From: a virus
Length of the DNA: 64,000 bases
Virus record (IMG/VR): IMGVR_UViG_3300046492_000237
Span: 28,690 to 92,689 of that record
Direction: 5' to 3' (one strand)
Positions 52,800 to 63,600 of this stretch are shown here, piece by piece (position 1 is the stretch's first letter; each line of letters starts with the position of its first letter). The translations under genes were made by a program, and so were the position numbers. Under the pieces are notes generated by a model. That model was given only the letters and a program-made list of their open reading frames with translations. It was not told the origin of the DNA and made no database searches.

Positions 52800-53318
52800 G
52801 TGTCAAACGACGATCTCGAAACCACGATTGCGTATGCCCGCGCGCTGTACGAGGGCACGCACGGCATGACCATCTCAGAGCTGTCTGAGATCACCCAGAT
52901 CGCCCCGCGCACGCTGAAGATTTACAGCAGCGACCAGAAGTGGAAAAAGGAACTCGAAACCAAGACCGGCGCGACCACGCAGAAGGCTGTCGAGGCCGCC
53001 GCGCATTTCTCCGGTCAGCAGCTGATGCGCGAGAAGGAAGGCGAGGACACGCCGGCCGAAGACAATGCGCTGGTCGAGCCTTTGCCATCTGAGCGCGACG
53101 AGCTGCTGAAGCGGCACAAGGCCGAATGGAAAGTGCCGCGCACCATGGCGAACGAGTCGGTGAACCTGCGCACCACGAATCCGATGGCCGCATTCGAGCG
53201 CGCCAAGATGGCCAAGATCACCGCCGAGAGCCTGAAAATCATTCAGGACGGTGAGCGCCGAGCCTACGGCATCGATAAGCCGGACGGCGACCATACCCTG
53301 CTTCTGCAAAGGACCTGA
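52800..53318 (+). CDS. Terminase small subunit-like protein
   Basis: N-terminal HTH ending in W.K; KIIQDGERRAYGID C-terminal motif; next to the ParB-methylase. Confidence 0.55.
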   Translation: MSNDDLETTIAYARALYEGTHGMTISELSEITQIAPRTLKIYSSDQKWKKELETKTGATTQKAVEAAAHFSGQQLMREKEGEDTPAEDNALVEPLPSERDELLKRHKAEWKVPRTMANESVNLRTTNPMAAFERAKMAKITAESLKIIQDGERRAYGIDKPDGDHTLLLQRT

Positions 53319-53321
53319 TCG

Positions 53322-54827
53322 ATGGACATGAAACAGATGATGGGGCTCGACGTCGAGATCCCGCAAATCACCCTGCGTCCAATCGACAGCATGGTCGCCT
53401 ACCACAACAACTCGCGCACGCACTCGATCGGTCAGCTGGCCGAGATTGGCGCAAGCCTGCTGGAATTCGGCTGGACCAATCCGATTCTGGCCGATGCGCT
53501 GGGCACCGTCGCCGGCCACGGACGCACCATGGCCGCCGCCGAGCTGTATCGCCAAGGCAAGCAGATCCTGTTCCCTAACGGTTCGCCTATTCCGATCGGC
53601 ATGGTGCCGGTGGTCGACTGCACCGGTTGGAGCGATGCGCAGCGCCGCGCCTACATCATCGCCGACAACAAGCTGGCCCTGAACGCGGGGTGGAATATGG
53701 AGCTGCTTAGCATTGAGCTGACCGAACTGGGCGAGATCGGTTTCGACCTGTCGCTTACCGGCTTCAACGAGGATGAACTCGCCGACATCCTCACGATCGA
53801 GGAGCAGGAATTGCCGGACGCTGATCCTGATGCGGCGCCCGCGCTTGAGGACAACGCCGTTTCCGTGCTCGGCGACGTCTGGGTACTCGGGCCGCACCGG
53901 GTCTGCTGCGGCGACAGCACCAGCCTTGATGACTGGGATCGCCTGATGCAGGGTGAGCGCGCCGACATCTGCTGGACTGACCCGCCGTACAACGTGGATG
54001 TAGGCCGGAAAAACCGCCTGATGGATACCGTCGATGGCCAGTCGCGCGCGGCAACCGGCTCGCTGAAGAACGACAAGATGAGCGACGCCGACTTCGGCGA
54101 GTTCATGCTCGACTTCTACAAGGCCACGATCGAGCAGCTGAAGGCCGGCGCGCCGATCTACGTGGCGCACGCCGATCGCACCGGGGACATTTTTCGCAAT
54201 GCCTTCATCGCCGCCGGCTTCCACTTCAGCCAGACGATCATCTGGCGCAAGAACAACCATGTGCTCGGCGTGGCCGATTACCAGTCGATCCACGAACCAA
54301 TCCTGTACGGCTGGCGCCCGGGCTCGAAGCACAAGTGGCACGGCGGCCGCAAGAACAAGACCGTCATCGAGATTGGTGAGGGTGGCCCGATCAGCCAGAC
54401 CGAGGATGGCCGCTGGGTGATCAAGGTCGGTGATCAGGTGCTGATCGTCGATGGTCAGGCCACCCTGCAGGAAAGTCAGTCGTCGATGATCTACGAGCCG
54501 AAGCCGGCCAAGTCAGGCCTGCACCCAACCCAGAAGCCCGTTGCACTGGTCGAGCGGATGCTGAAGAACAGCGCTCGCGGCGGAGATCTGGTGGTCGACG
54601 CGTTCGGCGGTTCCGGTACCACGCTGCTGGCAGCCGACCGCATGGGTATGTCTGCCCGACTGATGGAACTCGACCCGCGCTTTGCCGACGTCATCGTGCG
54701 GCGCTGGCAGGATTACACCGGGCGCCGTGCGTGCCATGCCGTGACTGGCGAGCTGTTCCCGGGCGAAGGCGAAGTGCGTCCGGATCCTCTACCAGACGCA
54801 GAGATGGGCGATGAGGATATTTTCTGA
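53322..54827 (+). CDS. ParB-domain N4/N6 DNA methyltransferase
   Basis: EFGWTNPIL, AGHGR, AYIIADNKL; TDPPYN, HPTQKP, DAFGGSGTT. Confidence 0.92.
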   Translation: MDMKQMMGLDVEIPQITLRPIDSMVAYHNNSRTHSIGQLAEIGASLLEFGWTNPILADALGTVAGHGRTMAAAELYRQGKQILFPNGSPIPIGMVPVVDCTGWSDAQRRAYIIADNKLALNAGWNMELLSIELTELGEIGFDLSLTGFNEDELADILTIEEQELPDADPDAAPALEDNAVSVLGDVWVLGPHRVCCGDSTSLDDWDRLMQGERADICWTDPPYNVDVGRKNRLMDTVDGQSRAATGSLKNDKMSDADFGEFMLDFYKATIEQLKAGAPIYVAHADRTGDIFRNAFIAAGFHFSQTIIWRKNNHVLGVADYQSIHEPILYGWRPGSKHKWHGGRKNKTVIEIGEGGPISQTEDGRWVIKVGDQVLIVDGQATLQESQSSMIYEPKPAKSGLHPTQKPVALVERMLKNSARGGDLVVDAFGGSGTTLLAADRMGMSARLMELDPRFADVIVRRWQDYTGRRACHAVTGELFPGEGEVRPDPLPDAEMGDEDIF

Positions 54828-55027
54828 TGAGCGACATTCAGCTGGTGGAGCTGGGCACGCTATCACCCGGCGACTGGGTTCGCTTCATCGGCGGCGATAT
54901 CGGCATCATCCGCGACAAAGTCACGGTGCCCGGGTACCGGCAATCCTACGTCGAGGTACCCGGCGATCGTTACCCGGTGCGAATCACGCCGCTCGACGCC
55001 AAGGTCGAACACCTGCCCGACCATCAT

Positions 55028-55108
55028 CCCTGACTACCAATCAGGGAATCAGCCAGATGACGCGCCGCTTTGAGCGCGTTTTCTGTTTTTCGGGCGCCAA
55101 TAGTCCGC
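55028..55108 (+). repeat. Bipartite element, copy D (short spacer, degenerate)
   Basis: CCCTGA-CTACCAA-TCAGGG...TTCGGGCGC-CAATA-GTCCGC. Confidence 0.65.
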
Positions 55109-55124
55109 AACGTCAATTAGCCTA

Positions 55125-55154
55125 TTGCTCAAATCCGGTTAATGCGCGCATAAT
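55125..55154 (+). promoter_or_regulatory. Operator-like site with sigma70 promoter (TTGCTC-18-CATAAT)
   Basis: TTGCTCAAATCCGGTTAA variant palindrome. Confidence 0.6.
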
Positions 55155-58100
55155 CCTTCCATCAACAACGCAACGGGGCAGGAACATGAACCAGCGCATC
55201 ATCAACTTCATCGTCACTCCCGATGAGAACGGTCACGCGGTACTGATCGCCGGGGCCGACAACAAACCGGTGGCCAGCACCGACATCCCGCGCATCGGGC
55301 ACATCAACGAAGTTATCGGCGTGAACCAGCGCAACGCCCGCCGTGTCGCCGCCTGCCTGAACGCGTGCGATGGCATCGACAGCGAGGCGTTGGAAGCGAT
55401 GCCGGCCAGCTTCAACACACTCCTTTCCGATGCATTCATGAGCGTGCTCAAGTTGCCGGAAGTAGCGACAACCATTCATGATGAGCAGGCCCGCGACTTT
55501 ATCGCCGCGTGGAACGCCATGCCGCTCACTGGCCCGACCATCGTCGCAATGCAAGCGTCCGGCGACCTGCTGCCGCCAGTTGAGATCGAGCAGATCGCGT
55601 GGCTGCAAAAGGCGCACACCCTGCACCGTCAGGTTTCGATGCTGTACGTGGTCGATGGCTACGAGGTGACGGTTACGTTGGATGAAAATCCAATCTCCGA
55701 AGCCTTTCATGGCGAAACCCTGCGCGAGGCGATCAGCAACGCCATGGCCGGGCACGACCTTGATGCGCGACCGCATCCGTACACCGACAATCAGCTGCGT
55801 TACCCGGAAGATGCGCAGCGCACCAAGATGCTCAACACCCTGAAAGGTATCCGCGCGCACATTGAAAAAATCAGCCCAGACCACTGGTGGATCGATACGC
55901 CGGACCGTGGCGGTTTCGACACTGATGAGCTGGATGCCATTATCTCTGAATTTGAAGGCGGTGACGTATGAAAGACCGATCGAAAGACATGCTGGAAGTG
56001 TCCAGCTCCGGGCACGGCGATGCTCGCGGCAGTTTTGTGCGTGACGAATATTTTGTTCGCTTCGCCGGTGATGACATTGCCCTCGCCTCAGACATTGCCG
56101 ACACCGAGACAGGTCAGGCATCCGAGGCCAACGCACGTCGCATTGCGGCCTGCTGGAACGCCTGCGCCGGGATCAGCACCGAGGTGCTGGAACTGAACGC
56201 AACCGCCGGCGGCGTGGCCACGCTGGAACGTCAGCGCAATGTGGCTCTGGACGCACTCAATACGCTGATCCTTTTCACCAAGCCGACCAAAACCAATGCC
56301 GTGGCACTGCACCGCGCTATTTCAGTCGCTGGGCAATACTCGCTTTCTGGGCAGAAAACCGAGCGGGACACCGTCAGATATGTTGAGGCCTGCAAGATAG
56401 CGATCATCGACGTCGCCATGTCGAAAAGGCCGGTCGATGAGATCCGCAGCGCGATCGGCTTCGAGCTGGGTCTGATGCACGCTGAAATCGTGAGCGACAA
56501 CAGCGATTTCATCGACAAGCACTGGCGCCCTGTAGCCGCCCGGCGAGACGCATTGCTGGAGGCGCTGCAAAAACTGAACAGTCAGTTCTGCGCCAAGTTC
56601 GATGAAGGTCTAGAACTCACAGATGCCGACGCCGATCTGGTCGCCGAGATTGGCATCGTTCTGGCCGGCGCCAATAACCAGAAGCCTGCAGCCGGTGGCG
56701 CCTCATGAAACCAATCCCGATATCGGCAGCCGAGCGCATCGCCAAGGATTACGGTTACGACCAAGTGATCATCATCGCGCGCAAGGTCGGTAACCCCCCG
56801 GATCCACATGGCGAGCACTGCACGACCTACGGCGTCACCAAGGCCCACTGCGAGGTTGCTGCCCGTGCAGGCGACTTCCTGAAATACAAGGTGATGGGCT
56901 GGGTGAAGGACGAGGACACTGGGAAATGAGCCTGCCAGTCCACTACTTCACCAACAATAAAACCCGCATGTGTCGCGTTATCAGCGGGCGCGGCCCTGAC
57001 CACACGGCCAACCTGCTCGAAGCCGAAAAGGATGGGTTTAAGGAGGTCACTCCATTTGAATTCGACGACTTCCGCGCTGAAACCCAGAAGGCCAAAGACG
57101 CTGGCTGGAACCCGAACCGCATGCGCTACGCCACGTTCATGGCCAAGCAGGCTGCCAAATGATCCGCTGCTGCCGCGACCGCTGCGAGCCCGGCACCGAA
57201 TGCGGCTGCCCTGCCTGCGCCGCGAAGAAATACCCGCAGTACACCACCAAACCAGACAGCGAACAGATGGTCGGCATCTGCCCTGCGTGCCACGGCGCGC
57301 TGGTCATCCGTAACGGCGCCACCGTCCATGCCAGCAGACAAACCACTTGCCCGGGAGTTATCAGGCGATGAGCGAGAACAAAGAACCGAATGCGATTTAC
57401 TGGCCTGCCGGCGGAAAGCTGCTCGCCCGCATTACCAAAAACGGGAAAATGGTTGCAATCTTCAAGGTCGCACCAACCGATGAAATTGGTCACGCCATGG
57501 CCGCAGCCATTGATGAAGCCAAAGACGTCACCCAGATCCTGCTCAGCGTAACCCCGGGTCCCGATGGTGAAGGCCAAGAGAACTACGCCAAATCGGTTGA
57601 CGATGTCGTGGCATTGCTCGGCGAGCAGAGCGACCAGATCGAAGCGCTAGAAACCCAACGCCTGCGCGCCGATACGGCTGAGGCTGAGGTGGCGAAGTTG
57701 ATCGATAAATTGTCATACGAAGAACGCGATCACCATACTACCAACCTTAGTCGGGACGCTTGGCGCAATAAATACGAAGAGTTGTTGAATCTCATCAAAC
57801 GAGCACAAAGTTTCGTGGCTTTCGTACACAAGTGCTGCCGTAAAAACAAAGAATATGCGCCGTTACACTGGCAGGAAATGGTAGAGCTTGATCGTGATCT
57901 GTCGGGCACCACCGCCCTCAACCCCAACCCCGAGGCAGAAAGTCATGAGTGATAAATGGGCAGATCACAAAGAAAAGTTCTGCGGCTGCAAAGACGCTAG
58001 CCGCTTGAATTCTTGCAAAGGTCTGGCGAATTGTGCGCTTCCTGCAAATCATCCTGAGCGAAATACGCTGGCTACTATCGAGCTGACCATGACCAATAAC

Positions 58101-59675
58101 CCAACGATTGACGGCCTGCTTCTGGAAACGCTGAAGAAATGGCGCCGCGACTTCGATGCATGCCAGCGCGTGATCTGGCTGGCCGGCGGCTTTGACCCGG
58201 CCTATTGCAAAGATGCTCAGGCCTGCATTGCCGAGATGGACGCTTTCCTCGATGAGCGTGCGGTCCACCCATCCAGCGGCCCCGCCGGCCCGCGCGAGCG
58301 CTTCGAGAAGTGGGTCATGGCCAAGAAGCATCCGGTGCTGGGCTTCCTCGACGGTCACTGGCTCAAGCGTGGAGATGACCGCGAAGGCTACGCCAACGAG
58401 TACGTGCAGGGCCTGTGGGTTGCGTTCAAGGAGTTTGACTTGCCACCGCTGATCAAGACCCTGCGCGAAAATGGCGACCTGATCGCAGCTGAGGCGACCA
58501 TCGCTCAGTTGCAGCAGCGTATTGCGCAGCTGGAGAGCGGGCAGTCTGAGAAAATCCATCCAGAGCTTGGTTCAGCACCGTCAGCTCACATGACTTGGCT
58601 TTTGGAGAAGGTCGTAAATCCCGGCGACTACCCTGAAAAAGTTCTGCACGAACAAATCCGATCGACGCTTGAGGTGTTAAACAAAAATCCTTCTGCGACG
58701 CCGGAACCACTCGGCTGGGTTTCCCAGTATGAACTGAACAGGATCCGCAACAAGCAGGCGCACTGGGCAACACTATGGGCAACAGATGGCAGTGAGAATC
58801 CATCGCGCATGGACCCGACGTTTGCGCTGTACGCCTACCCTCAAGAGCCTGCGGCAGTTGCATGGCGAGACATGGCAACCGCGCCAAAAGATGGAACGCT
58901 GCTGATCCTGCTGGTCGAGTTCGAGGAGCATTCCACCGAGGACGAAAAGCAGGCGCCGACCATCGGGGCGAACAACTTCACCAATGACGGGCAGGACGAG
59001 TGGGTATTTGCCGGCTGGTGCTGGAGTCATGACCACTGGACGCAGGGCGTCGGTAAGCCGATCGGGTGGCGCCCATTGATCGCTTCGGTACCGGAACCAA
59101 CCCAGCTCTTGTCGCGAGCCTTCACCACGCTGGAATCTGGTGATGGCACGTACAAGATCGTCGCTCAGTTCCAGAACCGCGATGATGCGTGGGAAGCCTA
59201 CGGGCTGATCTGCGGCTTCAAAAAACCTATCCCGCCAATCAGTGCAGGGCATTGCCGTAATGGCGACGCCTGCTTGTGCGGCGGGGATACCGCTGGTGTG
59301 CGCGCCACCTGTGGCAACTGGGTGAAGCCGTGAGCATCAACGACTACGACATCGAGCTGCTGCAGCTCGCCGCGCAGGCCGCTGGTTACGAACTGATCCC
59401 GTGGGATAACGCGATCGGGTTCGTGATCCGTGACAGCGCCGGCCACCCGCAACGGTGGAACGCTCTGATCAACGATGGCGACTGCTTTCGCATGGTGCTC
59501 GAGTGCGATATCAGCATCGAGATTGATGCTGATGAGCGTCGCACCATTGCCACATACGGTGACGGCGAGCGCTGCCAGCAATACTGGGACGGTCTTGTTA
59601 CCGGAAAAGCCACGGCGACCCGCCGCGCAGCTGTGCGTGCGGCCGCCGAAATTCAGAAGGCAAAGCGATGAAAGA

Positions 59676-59768
59676 CCCTGATAGTTAATCAGGGCGTCAG
59701 CTGCTCGCAGTCCGCGCCATCCGGCAACTGTCAATGATTGTTCAATAGTTCGGGCGCCAGCCGGGCGC
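59676..59768 (+). repeat. Bipartite element, copy E
   Basis: CCCTGA-TAGTTAA-TCAGGGCGTCA...TTCGGGCGC-CAGCC-GGGCGC. Confidence 0.8.
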
Positions 59769-60005
59769 TCAGGAGGATGAACCAATGGCGATATCGCCCG
59801 ACCAGAAAGAAGCGATTATGTCGGCGCGCGGCGTCAGTGCTGCGCCGATCGCCAAATGCAACACCCGTCGTTACACTCTGACCTTTGCCGACGGCAAACA
59901 GGCAACAATGCTCGACATGAACAGCGAGCCGCTTGATCAGATCACCCGAAGCGTCACCAACATGTTCCAGCCGGGCTATCTGCTATCGATCGCCTTGCAG
60001 TAAAA

Positions 60006-60021
60006 GTCGTGACCATAAGCT
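60006..60021 (+). promoter_or_regulatory. Putative late promoter GTCGTGAC-CA-TAAGCT
   Basis: Intergenic motif copy. Confidence 0.5.
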
Positions 60022-60380
60022 GAAGTCCTTTGATTACCCAACCCACGCAAAAGGTAACCCCGAGATGAAAAGTTTCCGAAGTTTTGGTTTTGCACTGGCC
60101 ATGGCCTGCGTTGGCCTCGCCCGCTACGTCGCTGAGCCGCTGTTGCGCTTCTGCGAGCCGATGTTCAGCTACGTCTCCCGTGGCTTCGACGCCATGGCGT
60201 GCGGCGTGGCCAAGCTGACCCGCGAGCTGGTGCATTCGTTCACCGGCTCCGAGCAGCGAGCGACGGGCTTCGGTTGTGGTCTGGATCGCGAAGGTAACGG
60301 CTTCCGTCAATCCTCGGCAGCCGATATCGGCGCGCAACCGCGCGTGTCGCTCGCAATCTGAATCACCACAAAAGTGTTGA

Positions 60381-60408
60381 AAAAGCCCGCATCTGTGCGG
60401 GCTTTTTT
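60381..60408 (+). terminator. Intrinsic terminator
   Basis: AAAAGCCCGCA-TCTG-TGCGGGCTTTTTT. Confidence 0.85.
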
Positions 60409-60599
60409 GTTTATGATGATCGCAGCGACGACCCGTTGGTGAGCGCACGCAACGTGATTAAGCCCATAGGGAGCTCTTGATGCTGGTGTCCAGCAAATGG
60501 CGCGCGTAGTTGACCATCTACACTTGCAACAGTAAGGCCCGCAGCCCTTTGAGCAAGCGCGCAGGGTAGCCGTTTAAGATGCCGCTACCGATCCGTAAC

Positions 60600-60623
60600 A
60601 GCCCGCCAATGAGCGGGCTTTTT
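60600..60623 (+). terminator. Intrinsic terminator
   Basis: AGCCCGC-CAATGA-GCGGGCT-TTTT. Confidence 0.75.
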
Positions 60624-60629
60624 ACGCCC

Positions 60630-60645
60630 GTCGTGATGCGACGAT
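60630..60645 (+). promoter_or_regulatory. Putative late promoter GTCGTGAT-GC-GACGAT (leaderless)
   Basis: ATG begins 7 nt after the hexamer, with no Shine-Dalgarno. Confidence 0.6.
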
Positions 60646-60651
60646 TGCACC

Positions 60652-63600
60652 ATGACCGAACTTATCGCTGCTCCGGCAGGCCAACGTCGTGTGGCGCTGC
60701 TCATCAAAGCCAAGATCGCCCATCAGGCCGGTTACTACCTGCTGAACGGCCGCTGGCACTCCATCCACCAGCACAAGCCGGCGCCGAAGGGTGTCCCGGT
60801 GGCCGCGCACCCGAAGGCAGCGCATGCCGAGCATGTGAAGCCGTTCCCGTTGCCAGATGAGCAGATCGAAGCGCTCAAGCTTCCGCCTGAGAACGTCAAC
60901 TCCGGCACGTACAACAAGCAGCTCGACAGTCTGCTCGGTTATGCGGCAAACGGCGATGCTACGGCGATCCTCGGCATGAACCTCGGCACCAACACCTACG
61001 GCAAGAAATTGGCGAAAGTGGCCAACTACCTGCTGCAGGGGATGGGCGTAACCGAGGAGTATCAGGTCGCACCCGGTCAAAAGGCTGGTGAGCACCACGC
61101 GGTCAAGCAGACCCCGGCGCCGGTCGAGACGCCTGCTCCTGCAGCGAATGAACCAGTGATCGCAGCTGCGGCGGTCATCGAGGCCGCCAAAGCCGACGAT
61201 CCTGTGGTCGAGGCCGTTGTCGAGACGCCTGCTGCACCGTTCATGGCTTACCCGTCGTCTGGGCCGCTGGCCATGCCTGAGTTCGTTGAGGGCAAAACCA
61301 CCACCGGCGTCGTGGATTACTACCAGACTCAGGCGATGAAGGTCATCGACATGGCCGAGTCTGGCGACCTTGACGGTCTGGTCCAGATGAAGCAGTCCGG
61401 CATGGTGCCGAACAGCAAGGGTAAGATCAGCAATACGTGGGCGGGCAAGACCGAGAACAGCAAAAAGCTGATCGCGCTGCACGACAACGCGGTCGAGCTG
61501 ACTGTCGAGAATGCCCTTGATGCGCTGCCGCCAGCTGCTGCCGTCGCAGAACCGGAACCGGTGGTGGTTGAAGCACAAGTGGTCGCGGCCCCGGTCGTCA
61601 GCACTGACCTGACGTCGCAGATCCCATGGGAAAAACTCAGCTCGCCTGAGACCAAGGGTGACGGCTCGCCGAACAAGGAAGGGATCAACGCCAACAAGAA
61701 GCTGGCTGCGATCAAGGCCGCTGCCGAGGCTGGCGATATCGCCACGCTCGAAGGCATGAAGTTCGGGATCAACACCTACGGCAAGAAACTCAATCAGGCC
61801 AAGGCGATCGCGCTGGCGTCGCTTGAGGAAATCCCGGCAGCACCGGAACCTGTCTCCGTGGTTACCGAGCCGGTTACCCCGCCACCAAACACTCTTGCCA
61901 TGCAGCTGGCCGACGCGAAAGGCCCGCTCGGTAAAATGGCCGTGGCTGAGCAGCACGTCGTCAAGAATGGCAAGTCGCCCGAGACCTACAAGCAGATCGC
62001 CGAGGCGCATGAGGATCTTGGCAACGCTGATTCCGCTGAGCACTGGAACGCCAAGGCTGCAGATCTGGCGACCATGAACGTCCTGTCCGGCGCGATGGCG
62101 GCAGACGGCACCGTCAATGGATCCACCAAGATCGCGGTTGCGCACATACTGAACAGCGCTGATTCGCTCAAGGCTCAGGCTCAGGCTATCGACGCGCTCA
62201 ATGAGCTCGGACATACCGGCGCTTCCAAGGCGATCCAGATGGCGATGGATGCCACGCTGCTGGACACCTTCAAGACCAACGTTTCTGCCAGCGATGAAGA
62301 GCACGAAGCGATGGCCGTAGCCAAAGATTATCTGGCTACCGGCGGCCCGTCAGCAGCCAAGGTTGACCACATCATCTCCACGCTCGAGGAGAACGGGTTC
62401 ACCACCGGTGCTCAGGAATACAAAGAGGCCTACGGTCTGGACGAGGGTCCAAATGATGGCGATACCAAGCAAGGCGCTGATGGCCAGCTGGTGTTCCAGA
62501 ACGGGCGCTGGCACAAGGTCAAGACCGATGAGGCCGAGGCCGCTCCGGTTCCGCTGAGCGCGATTGAGCATCAGGCGGTGATGGGCTACCTCAACAGCGC
62601 CGAGGCCGATGAACTTGAGCACGCTGCCGGTAAGGCCATTTTCCAGACCTTGTCCGAGGAGGAGAAGCAGGCGCTGAACGTCGAGGCGCTGAACTCCAAG
62701 CCGAAAGCTGAGCTGCATCCGCTGGACGCCATTCCGCTGCCGGATCTGTCGCAACAGCTGACGCAGGCTGGCGTTGACAAGGTGATGGCCGGGCTTGAAA
62801 AGCTCAAAGAAAATGCGAAGACCGAAGGCGCCAGCGCCTTCAAAGGCACGCTGAAGAAAATGTCGGCCAGCGGCAAGCTGATCACCAAGCTGCCGGGGAA
62901 ATACGGCAAATTATCTCTGAAAGTCGTGGGGCTCGCGAACAGTCCAGAGCACTATGGATCTCTAGTTCACCAGTACGTTGAAGACCTGAAGACCGTGGCT
63001 GGCGGCAAGAATGTGAAACCCAAGCCGGCACCAGCCCCGGCGCCGACGCCGCAGCCATATGGCCAGCCGCCGATCGAGTCGATGGACAACTGGAAACAGG
63101 TCGGCCCGCAGGGCGGCTCCAACCCGGGCGGTAAGTTTGTCGATGAGGCTGGCGTCGAGTGGTACTGCAAGTTCCCGAAAAGCGAAGACATCGCGAAGTC
63201 CGAGGTGCTGGCGTCCAAGCTGTATGGCGCTGCGGGGATTGAAGGACAGGACGCCAAACTCATCACCAAGGATGGCAAGATCGGCATCGCCAGCAAGTGG
63301 GCCGACGTCACCAAGGCTCCGGCTGCCACTCTGGCCAAGGCCGATGGCGCCGCCGCCGGGTTCGCGGTCGATGCGTGGCTGGGCAACTGGGACGTGGTTG
63401 GTCTGGAATACGACAACCTGCAGCTGGATCCGAGCGGAAAGGCCGTGCGCGTCGATGCTGGCGGCTCGCTCGAGTACCGCGCGCAGGGTGGCAAAAAGAC
63501 CTTCGGCGATACCGTGCTTGAGATCGACAGCCTGCGCGACAGCAAGATCAACCCGCAGGCCGCCAAGGTCTTCGGCAAACTGTCGCAGGCGGACATCACC

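Larger units (their letters stand above)
54827..60361 (+). other. Cluster of hypothetical genes, including a DUF551-like mosaic protein
   Basis: ORFs 54827-55033, 55186-55971, 55968-56708, 56705-56929, 56926-57162, 57159-57371, 57368-57952, 57945-59333 (WRDMATAPKDGT), 59330-59671, 59785-60003, 60065-60361. Confidence 0.65.

Noticed and set aside
60622-62304. Long minus-strand ORFs (also 8000-10270, 23499-24800, 52875-54341)
   Set aside because: Antisense shadows of well-supported plus-strand genes in GC-rich DNA, with no recognisable motifs
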